A stretch of DNA of 64,000 bases from Octopus sinensis (taxonomy: Eukaryota). The position numbers were made by a program, and so were the translations under genes. The notes below the pieces were generated by a model. The model saw only the letters and a list, made by a program, of their open reading frames with translations. It did not search any database and was not told where the DNA came from. Shown here piece after piece: positions 53,135-64,000 of this stretch. Position 1 is the first letter of the stretch. Every line of letters begins with the position of its first letter. The stretch is from assembly GCF_006345805.1 (NCBI RefSeq), contig NC_043005.1:106268001-106332000 (forward strand). Direction: 5' to 3'.

Positions 53135-53585
53135 TGATGACTGGCATCTGTGCTAGTGGAGCGCTAAGAGCACCATCCGAGCGTGATTGTTGCCAGAGCG
53201 GCTAACTGGCTTTCATGCTGGTGGCATGTAAAAAGCACCATTCGAGCATGATCAGTACCAGCTTTGCCTTACTGGCGACATTTGACATTCGACATTTGAG
53301 CGAGGTCGCTGCCAGTGCCTCTGGACTGGCTCCTGTGCAGGTGGCACGTAAAAAACACCATTTGAGTGTGGCCATTGCCAATACCACCTGACTGGCCCTC
53401 GTGCTGATGGCACGTAAAAGCACCCACTACACTCTCAGAGTGGTCGGTGTTAGGAAGGGCATCCAGCTGTAGAAGCTCTGCCAGATCAAGATTGGAGCCA
53501 TCTTGTTCGCCAGTCCTCAGTCAAATTGTCCAACCTATGCTAGTATGGAAAGCGGACGTTAAACGATGATGATGATGATGATGAT
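53135..53585 (+). mobile_element. Repeat family C, long copy with internal subrepeats
   Basis: Several 'tggca(c/t)gtaaaa..cacc' units, then RTE-like tail and (GAT)n. Confidence 0.85.
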
Positions 53586-53899
53586 ATACAAATGCATAGA
53601 TTGACAGACTTTGTGGATAGATGTTAATGTACCAATAACAAAAATGCTAATGTTTCCAATACCTTCACCAGAGTAAACAGGAGACTTACACATATCTAGA
53701 ATATACTATGTACCTATGCCACACCCAGCATAAACTGCATGTAAGGACTGTTCAAATGTTAGGCTACCCTTTCAGTGTGAAACTATCGGTGTAATTTCAT
53801 ATCTTCACATGCTAAAATTTGAAACTTCTCCCCAACACACACTAAACTCTGGTCTGGCATGCCAACCAGATGATTGGGCATCCTGTCAGTTATAGCAAC

Positions 53900-54160
53900 G
53901 AATATTCCAGTTGATTCAATCAATGGAAATCAACTTGCAACAAGCTGAGTACTCCACAGAAATGCATACTCTTAATGTAATTCTTAAGGAGATTCAGAGT
54001 GACACACCAAATGTGATAAGGCTGGCTCATTGAACCACAGGTACAACTCCTTTTTGCTAGCTGGACTGGAGCAATGTTCAAGGTTACAACTCACCACTAG
54101 GCATGGAACTCACAACCATACAATCTCAAGCTGAGTGCACAAACCACTAAGCCACTAAAC
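53900..54160 (-). mobile_element. tRNA-derived SINE family E, diverged; other pieces at 2280-2372, 59205-59310, 60790-61250, 62830-63200
   Basis: Reverse tRNA head 'gaactcac...aaccactaagcca'; body 'gctgagtactccaca...gattcag.gtgacac...aggctgg'. Confidence 0.6.
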
Positions 54161-54176
54161 TTTCATAACCAACCAG

Positions 54177-54380
54177 GCCATTCAAGAATTTGGACCTGGA
54201 GATCTCCATTTCCAGCGACTTCGAGGGCCACTTCCCAGTGGTGTCAGGCGTCAACAAAGAGCCCTTGACTACAACAAGACGACCAAAGTTTTTCTTTTCC
54301 AAAGTCTGGGGTCTCCTGCCCCAAAGCCAAAGACCATCACCTAATCACCCTTACCAGTCAGTTGCTTAACAACAACAACA
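54177..54380 (+). mobile_element. ~205-bp retroposon with (CAA)n tail (family F)
   Basis: 12-bp TSD ataaccaaccag; second copy at 62906-63119 (-). Confidence 0.85.
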
Positions 54381-54489
54381 ATAACCAACCAGCTGGGTAC
54401 TTTTTATATCGACTTGGTCTTGAAGTATTGCATTTGTGGGAGTAATACTCTTCCATAAACAGGAACAAAACTACCTTGTGAGACGTTTT

Positions 54490-54648
54490 CTTTTATTCTT
54501 TTATTTGTTTCAGTCAGTCGACTGTGGCCATGCTGGAGCACCACTTTTTAGTCAAGCAAATCGACCCCAGGACTTATTTCTTGTAAGCCTAGCATTTATT
54601 CTATTGATCTCTTTTTGCCAAACCACTAAGTTACAGGGACGTAAACAT
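54490..54648 (-). mobile_element. SINE family A 3' fragment
   Basis: 'gtttcagtca..gactgtggccatgctggagcacc...aaatcgaccccaggactt'. Confidence 0.8.
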
Positions 54649-54869
54649 AAATTTCAAGGGTTGTTGTAATTGATTAAACTCATCTCCACAAAATTGTATC
54701 TATGTCCTAGAAAATAATCCACAGATATTTTCATTCCAGTTCTTGATAACCTGGAAGGATTCCTTTGATCTTCTTGTTATTCTGAAAACATTGGACACAG
54801 GTGATTGTAACAAAAATATTGTCATGTTCAGTACATATTTTACCTCACCGTTTTTTCATCGGAGTGTCG

Positions 54870-55170
54870 TAATGTTGCTCGGTGGACATACAGCTAACAC
54901 AATTGTGTTTGTAAATATATCGAATTTGGCAAGAACTGGGCAACTAGACATGATGCATTCAAACCATCTCATTACTTGTTGCATAGTCTGCACTTGATAT
55001 TTGCAACTTTTTGCATTATTTTACCGTAGTAGCTCTTTGTGATTAGCCATTCTTTCAGTACAGCCACCTAAAATTAGACCTTCTGTTTCTGCTTTTAACC
55101 AAAATCTTTTGATCCATTGTTGGCTTCCATTCTGGCTTACTTTCTTTCTATCAAGTCTTGCAGGCTATTA
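54870..55170 (-). mobile_element. R4/Dong-type fragment (region upstream of and including the CCHC knuckle)
   Basis: SQQWIKRFWLKAETEGLIL...IKCRLC...CIMSSCPVLAK. Confidence 0.75.
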
Positions 55171-55318
55171 GACATGGAGTGATTTTCCTTTTTATTTTTC
55201 CAAGTATATTTTTGAATATTGTTTTATTTTCTTTTTTTAACCATTATTTTGTCAGTTTGTATTTTTTTGTTTGCTTGTTACACTAATCAATTTCCTTTTT
55301 GCTTGTTTTTAAGTAGTG

Positions 55319-55411
<93 letters not shown>

Positions 55412-55672
55412 CTGTGACAAACACGTAGATTCTTTGCCAGATTTCTATTTTTGTGGATGTTAGTCTCTTTGAAAGTTGAGTCATTGAAGTTATTTCACTT
55501 TCTTTATATCACGAATACCTTTGAAAATAGAAAAATTATCTACACACTCTGACTCTATACACACGTGTGTGTATATCTATCTATCTATATATCTTGCTCT
55601 GTCTGTCTGTCTCTCTCTATATATGTATATATATGTGTGTGTGTGTATATATATATATATTATATATATATA

Positions 55673-55747
<75 letters not shown>

Positions 55748-56513
55748 TATTTATATATATTTATATATATATATTTATATATATATATATGTGTATATAT
55801 ACATATCTATGTAGATGTATATATGTATGTATATATACATCTATGTAGATGTATATATGTATGTATATATATCTTTATCTATGTGTGCATATATATAATA
55901 TATACACCCTAAAAGAATTATCTGAAATTCTTATTAAGATACCTTAATAGAAAATTCTGCATCTACATGTTCTGAACATCCAGTTCAACTGACTATTTTC
56001 TTTTGCTTTATTTTTCATCTCTCTTTTTGAATTACTCTAAATCAATCACTACATTCAGAGAGTTAAGCCCCACCGTAACCAGCCTAGCAGATATCTTTAC
56101 CTGATAAGTCGAGGGTTACCTGCTTGTAAAATCAAACTTCAGTAGTTATGGCTAACATGGTTAAAACAAATGCAATTTGTTTGTTTAACATAACTGGCGG
56201 CCATGCAGCTCAAATGACTGACTGATTTACAGATTGAAAACAAGAAGAATCTCAAGTACATATTTCCATAGAGATATCAATAACAACTAGTTTTATGCTA
56301 CTTAAATCTAAAAAAACTCTGACTTATCTAGTTGACAAACACAATTTAATTATGTATAACACAACAGCTGCCCGTTCAGTTATATGCCTGTTCAATAGAT
56401 TGTAAGGGGGAAAAAAAGTAAAGAAAGAGTTAAGGAAAAAAATAAGAAAGTCCCATATACAAATTTCCAAAGAAATATTGAGAGCTAGTTTAAAGATACT
56501 TAAAGCTAAAGGG

Positions 56514-56546
<33 letters not shown>

Positions 56547-56707
56547 TATATAAATGTGTTTGTGTGCTTGTGTGCATATATGTATATATATATGTGTATA
56601 TGTATATAAATAAATATATATGTGTATGCGTGTGTGTGTATTTATATATATATATATATATATATATACATACACACACACACACATATGTATATATACA
56701 TATATAC

Positions 56708-56739
<32 letters not shown>

Positions 56740-57501
56740 ATGTATATAATATATATACACTAATATATGTGTTCATTCATTTATAATTAATTTATAAATA
56801 CATATATAAACATGCAAATATATTATACAAAGAGTGTTATCTACCAGCTTATTTTCATGATGGCAGGGATCTTGAGAAAAAAGATGTAAACAACAGCAAC
56901 AAAAAACATATAAAATAAATATATATATATATATTAAAAATACATATGAATGTAAAAGAAAAATTATAGTTTATTTAATCATAATCTTTCTTCGGTTTGA
57001 GCATGTTTTATCGTAGAATCAATTCACTTATCTCAAATGGAAAATAAATGTCCACAGATCCCATCTTGATAGCTCTTCAGAAACTGGAGGGAAAAAAACA
57101 ACCACAAAATCTTTCAAAAACCTAAAAAGCTCTGAAATACAATGAAATATAATAAAATATACAACTAAAGTATAGAAGGTTCTATTGATTTACTGAAAGT
57201 AAAGCTATTGTTTTCATAGCAATGTTGATTGTATATACATATATGTGTGTGTGTGTGTGTGTATATTATATACATATTCATATATATATCTACATATATA
57301 GATATACATATCAATGTACATATATGCATATACACATGTGCACAGACACACAAACACACATACACAGGGTCATACTATATATATGTATATATACATGAAA
57401 TATACAAAGGTATCAGTGAATTTTGCTTGACAACGATAGTCAATGTTAATTTCTATGCAGTCCAAGACCTGCTTTCTGAGTTTAGATTTCTTGTATATAT
57501 A

Positions 57502-57551
<50 letters not shown>

Positions 57552-57666
57552 ATGTGTGTGTGTGTATATATAGATCTGAATGAATGGCTGTTCATCTGTC
57601 TGTATGTATGCATGTGTGTATGTAAATATATATGCCTGCATGTTTATATGTATGCTTGCATGTATG

Positions 57667-57710
<44 letters not shown>

Positions 57711-57876
57711 ATATATATTATATATATATATATATATATATGCATGCATGTTTGTATGTATATGCAAGTGTACCTGTGTGCATCTGCCCCACCACACTAA
57801 TAAGCACACCTTGACACACATATATTTATCAATGCGTGTATGTGCATCTATCTATCTATCTATCTATCTCTCTACG

Positions 57877-57930
<54 letters not shown>

Positions 57931-57931
<1 letters not shown>

Positions 57932-58027
57932 ATTGGAGCCTGGTGCTGCCTCCCGGTTTGCCAGTCCTTAGTTTAAACTGTCCAGCCCATGCCAGCATGG
58001 AAAGTGGATGCTAGATGATGATGATGA

Positions 58028-58030
<3 letters not shown>
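57931..58030 (+). mobile_element. Repeat family C 3' tip
   Basis: 'gattggagcctggtgc...cccatgccagcatggaaag'. Confidence 0.75.
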
Positions 58031-58088
<58 letters not shown>

Positions 58089-59869
58089 GATAGATAGATA
58101 GATAGACAGATAGATAGATAAATAGATATATACATACATATATACACATGCATCATATATTTTATATGCATATTTATAGTGCATGCGTGTGTACATGTGT
58201 GTGAGTGTGAGTGTCTGTATCTGTGTGCTTGTGTGTGTCTGTGTGATGTACAGAAAAAATTATATGAACTGAAGTTTACTTTTCAGTTGATGAAAGAAAC
58301 ATAAAGAACGCCACTCCCTTTTCAAGCAACACCAATATGATGAAAGACATGCATGGTTTTATGTCATTGGCTAATTGGAGATATCGTTAAAGTATTTTGA
58401 ATTTTGATAACAAAAAGGTATCAGTTCTGAATGTATGTTCAATATGGTGCTTTATAAAACGGTATATTCATGTTCTCTGTGTGTCAAGGTTGAAACTGTC
58501 CTTACTCTTTTAATAGGGTTTGGCATATTTATATGTTCCAAACAATTTTACTGCTTTTGATATTGTTCTTCAAATGCCATACATATTCTGATAAACTGGT
58601 GTCTAAAGAATAGTGTGATTTTTATGAAAGAATATAGATATTGATTAAATTGTATTTTAAAAGAATTGTCTGTTAACCAAATGTAATCTTTGAATATTAT
58701 CTTAGAAATATTTTTGCACAATAAACTTTTCATTTTGCAAGACATGAATTTATAACATTAAGACAGACAAGCTGAAAGTATTAAATTTAGAAGGATTTAA
58801 AAACTTTTTACTAGAGATATATGATATTTTTACTGCCAAATTTTGTTACAGATATGACTAACTTTAACAGTATTTCTATTAAAAATTTTGTAGTATTTAT
58901 TTTTCATTAAATACTTGTTATAATTAAAGAGATTTTTAGTGATATGTATTCTGACATTGAAACTGGTACATTGGGTACTGAACAAAATTATATCAAGTTT
59001 TCTAATTTTATATATTCAGAAATTATATATTTTCTGTATAACTAATTTTATCTTAAAACCAGCTTCATTTTGATGTTGGGTTGTAATACTTTAATAAAGG
59101 AAGAATTATATTACCTATGCTTAAGTGAGAGGTGATCTTTATACAGTAATTTTTACATTTTTACATTTTAAAGTCCACACACACACACACAAATATATAA
59201 TAGAGTGAACTGGACCAACATGAACACAACAGAGATCCTGTCTGGGATTCAAACTCACTATCTCAGGATTGTGAGCTTGAGGCTCTAACCACTAAGCCAT
59301 GTGCCTTTGAGTAACACTAATACTGACATTGATATACTAGCCCCACCAGCACCATACCACTATACCAATACTATCATCACACTGATGAACCACTAGCACT
59401 ACCACTGCCACCCTGATGTACCAACACCACCACCACTGATGATGTACTCACACCAACTTACTGCTTTTGGTACATAGGTGTGGTACCTTCACATCAGTGT
59501 GGTGGTGGTGGTTGTAGTGTTGGTACATTAGTATGGTATTGGTTGTGTTGCTACCACCTGGTGTTTTGTCTGATGACTTAGTTTATTAAACTGTCAAAAC
59601 CAGTAAAAAATCTCTCTCTCTCTCCCTCATTTCTTGTTCACTTTCTCTGTCACCACTCTTAACCACCCTCACTCATTCTTTATTTCCTTTTCCTTCCCTT
59701 TTCTTTCTCTTCTCTCACTGTCTTCCCATATTTTCTCCTCTCTTCTCTTGCAATCTTCCCCTTCTCTCTCTCTCTCTCTCCTCTTTGCTACTTTTTTCTT
59801 TCCAACTCTCTCATTTCTCACTCTTCTCTCCTCTTTCACACTTCTCTCTTTCTCTCTTGTCTCTCCCTT

Positions 59870-60130
59870 CTCTCACTTTTCCTCTCTCCTTTGCTCCTCT
59901 CACTTCTCTCTCCTTTCCTCCTCTCACTTCTCTCTCCTTTGCTCCTCTCACTTCTCTCTCCTTTCCTCCTTCCACTTCTCTCTCCTTTCCTCCTCTCACT
60001 TCTCCCTCCTTTCCTCCTCTCACTTCTCCCTCCTTTCCTCCTCCCACTTCTCCCTCCTTTCCTCCTCTCACTTCTCCCTCCTTTCCTCCTCCCACTTCTC
60101 TCTCCTTTTCTCCTCTCACTTCTCTCTCAT
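59870..60130. repeat. 24-bp pyrimidine-rich minisatellite inside a CT-rich tract (59610-60260)
   Basis: 'cctct(c)cacttctc(t/c)ctcctttcct' ~10 copies. Confidence 0.9.
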
Positions 60131-62377
60131 TCTTTCTCTCCTTGTTTGTTTCAATAATATTCTTCCTTCTTTTGCCCTTCTTCTCATTTTTACTTTCTTT
60201 TTTCACATTCCCTCTTTCTTTTTCTCTTCTTTTTCTCTTCTTTTTTTCTACCTTTATACTCTTACAGTTTATACATTTTCTAGCTGTTCTTGTTATTATT
60301 GTCATAGCTAATTAATTAATATTTTACAGTTTTTGTTTTCTAGCTGTATTTTCTAATAAAATTCTTTGGATATTTCCATATGTATATTCTTGACAAAAAC
60401 GAAATCACAAAATCAAATAAACACACACACACACAAAAAAAAATGAAAAAAACAATACAAAACCCCCCAGACAGCTTCACTACCCCACTTTGCCAACCCT
60501 CACCCATCTATGCTATCCCCCTCAGTCCCCTTATTAGTGTACTCCAATAAAACAATAAAAAGTACAGTACTATTACAATACAACAAATAAAACTAAAAAG
60601 ATATGATATGAAGGTTGGGTAGGAAGCACAGAAACAACAACAACAAAAACACCAGAAAATGGAAAGCACATGCACACACACACACACACAGACTTATATA
60701 CACACATACATACTTATATGGATGCATACACACATAAAAGTAAAAAAAAAAATATAAATGACAAATGAATCTCTGCCAGTTCCATTGACAAATATTCTTG
60801 TTGTTCAACCAACTGGATTTCTTACTCACGGAATTATTTTGTAAATGGTTGAGTATTCCAAAGTCATGAGCATCCTCAACATTCTTTGGCTGAATCAATT
60901 TAACACAGGGTATGACTAGGCTGGATGGACCCTTTAAACTACATGTACAACATGTATGATCTCTCTTGTGTTATAGCATAAGCGGTTGTGTATTCCACAG
61001 ACATAATGCATCAGGTTGAACAAAAATGGCAGAGAGTATGAAGGCTGCTCCATTTGAATTTATTTGTACAATCCATCTGATGGGATTCCATAGTTTCCAT
61101 TGAGGTGCTTTTATTGAGAAGATTTGGGTGAATCTGAGTCTAATGGTCAAAAGACAATTGTTCAAGACCTTGCACGGTGGAATTGAACCCAGTACCTCAT
61201 GATCTCGAAACATCTCAAAACAAATCTTTTAATCTCTCAGCTATGTCTGCATTTCATATGCACACACTTACACTCGCACATATACACACACACACTCACA
61301 CATGTGCACACACACACATATACACACACACACTTACACTCACACATATACACACACTCACACATGCACTTACACTCACACATATACACACACACTCACA
61401 CATGTGCACACACACACACTTACACTCATACATATACAAACGCTCACACATGTGCACACACACACACAAACACATACACACTTACACTCACACATATACA
61501 CACACACTCACACATGTGCACACACACACACAGTCACACAACTATAACAGCATATACATACATACAAATGAACACAGACATTTATGTTGTAGTGAGGTGG
61601 TAGTGTTCATGATACTGGTGGAGAAGGTGGTGGTATTGATTTAGTGGCGATAATAGTAATGGTAGCAGTATTGGAGGTAGTATAAACGGTGTTAGTGGGG
61701 GAGGTAGTGGTAATAGTATTAATGATGATAATGATGATGGTAGTAATAGAGATGTGTTGTGTGGTGATGATGATGATAGTTGCATTAGAGATGGCAATTG
61801 TATTGTTGGGAGGGGTACAAGTGATAGGGGTGTGTGGAGTGGGGCCGTAACAGCGAACCAAATAAAATTAGCAGAATTGCAAAGGCCCCCATCTCCTCTC
61901 TCACCCCTAACTTCTATACCACTTCCCGAGTCCCCTCCCCAGAGACAACAGAGAGAATATAAGGGAAGAAAGAAAATGGAGAAGAAGAAAAGTTTGAGGG
62001 TATGTGAGTAAGGGTGCAGGCATTAGAACCCTTCTGTTAAAATGTTACCCTTGAGTCCTGACCTGGTTTTTTTTTTTTGGTTTTGGACACAGTGTTTCTG
62101 TATCAGATCACGAAATAGCCTTCCGTCTAATTTATAAGGACAGTGTCCAGAAGACAGGTTGCTTCCGATAAGGACAGTTGACCAGCTAAAAGAGACCGAT
62201 GTGTCTGACTGATAACTGGTGATAAGAGCAGTGGTTAAACATTAACGTTGCTGCTTGATTACTCCACAGATATCTATTAATAAATTGATTGATGCTACTG
62301 ATGCTATTGCATTGGCATACATATGTCTGTGTGTATATATATATATATATATATACACTCATATATATATATATATA

Positions 62378-62438
<61 letters not shown>

Positions 62439-62905
62439 ATATATATATATATGTATATGTGCATGTGTGTATATGTGTGTGGTGTATATATGCATGCATA
62501 TAATTTATTCACACACACACACGTGCAGACACTCACACATATATGTATATATGTATATATGACTGTGAATTAGATATATAGACACTTAGACAGACTATAT
62601 AATATATATATATATATATATATACATACAGTGTAACTATCTATATATCTAATTCTAAATTACACACACATACACACATACACACATATATGCACGAGCA
62701 CGTGCTGCCCCCACACATACACACACACACACATGTATTCATATATGTATTTACACATGTAAATGTAAGTTAGATAAATAGAGAGATAAACTGCATGTGC
62801 ATGCTCGCACGTGCACGTGTGTGTGTGTAGGTGCCTAGCCCAGTGGTAAATAGTCTTAAACTCATGATTGTAAGAACAAGGTTCCAATTCCTGAACTGGT
62901 AAGCT

Positions 62906-63119
62906 GTTGTTGTTGTTGCTAAGCAACAAGACGAGTAAGTGTGATTAGGTGAAGGTCTAGGGCTTAGGGGCGGGAGACCCCAGACCTTGGAAAAAAAAAA
63001 AAATTGGGTCGTCTTGTTGTAGTTGAGGGCTCTTCATTGACGCCTGCCTGTCACCACTGGGAGGTGGCCCTCGAAGTCGCTGGAAATGGAGATCTCCAGG
63101 TCCAAATTCTTGAACAGCA
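62906..63119 (-). mobile_element. Family F retroposon inserted into a family E SINE
   Basis: 12-bp TSD aactggtaagct at 62894-62905 and 63120-63131. Confidence 0.85.
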
Positions 63120-63539
63120 AACTGGTAAGCTTGTAGTGTCTTAGAGCAAGATGGTTCCTTTCACTTTGCCCTAGTGTATACAGTTAGAAATGAGTACCAG
63201 ATGTATGGTGGTGCAGCATTTTCTCCCTGTGGCTGTCATATTGTTGATACTCTGCTGGTCAAGTGAAGGAAGGACGAGAGAGAGAGAGTTTATATCTACT
63301 TGCAACTATAGTCACCTAAAACTAATAGTAAAAGCATGATAGATGCTACCAAGTCATACTACTTTGCGACTAATGGCTATGATTTGGTTTGTTTGTAATA
63401 TGTATGCATGCTGAGTAAAGTGTGATGGATACAAAAAAAGAAATGGTGCACGCAAAAACGTTTCTTAAGTACCTGAAAATTGGTTCTTAAATGCAGAAAA
63501 ACAATAACACTGTGTAGTATGATTTATGTCCCTGGGTAG

Positions 63540-63848
63540 AAAACACCATTCGAGCATGATCGTTACCAGTATCGCCTTACTGGCACCCGCGCCGGTGACA
63601 TGTGTAAAAGAATCGAGCAAGGTCGTTGCCAGTGCCACCTGACTGGCCCTGTGCTGGTGGCACGTAAAAGCACCCACTACACTCTTGGAGTGGTTGGCGT
63701 TAGGAAGGGCATCCAGCTGTAGAAACTCTGCCAGATCAAAATTGAAGCCTGGTGCAGCCATCTAGTTCGCCAGCCCTCAGTCAAATCGTCCAACCCATGC
63801 TAGCATGGAAAGCAGACGTTAAACAATGATGATGATGATGATGATGAT
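63540..63848 (+). mobile_element. Repeat family C
   Basis: Matches 53230-53585; (GAT)n tail. Confidence 0.88.
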
Positions 63849-64000
63849 TACCCCTACAAAGTATGAAAAGTAACTAATATTTCCTTCAAACTTTGCTTTT
63901 GTTACATTTATTCAAATCCCCAAGAATCCCTGTCAACAAATGGCTATGATACTCCCCTAAGTAGTTCCACTCATGATCAGAGATGTACATGTTGTCAGCC

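Noticed and set aside
59634-60315. 225/176/164-aa ORFs with 8-residue repeats
   Set aside because: Produced by a 24-bp pyrimidine minisatellite lacking stops in several frames
60830-60889. 60-nt minus-strand exon with GTGAGT donor (PKNVEDAHDFGILNHLQNNS)
   Set aside because: Lies within a diverged family E SINE; weak acceptor

Overview
AT-rich eukaryotic, repeat-saturated intergenic or intronic DNA; not prokaryotic, and I cannot support any host protein-coding gene. Dense (TA)n, (ATT)n, (CAT)n and (CA)n microsatellites plus several tRNA-headed SINE families suggest a coleoid cephalopod (Octopus-like) genome (inference, not verified). Almost all ORFs in the supplied track are microsatellite artefacts. 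Readable content: at least five SINE-like families; decayed non-LTR retrotransposons (five R4/Dong-type RLE fragments, mostly beside (TAA)n; a CR1-type 3' end sharing its tail with a SINE; a Penelope-like RT remnant); DNA transposons (full-length decayed mariner, an internally deleted DD37D/maT element, several MITEs, a Helitron-like element); minisatellites; long foldback palindromes. The most notable signal is a set of hammerhead-ribozyme motifs of the Penelope-associated minimal type, most in short (TA)n-flanked repeats: one essentially complete, one with a long extended stem II, one core variant and two circularly permuted. There is also a weaker HDV-like ribozyme candidate. All calls come from manual reading; boundaries of diverged repeats are approximate.
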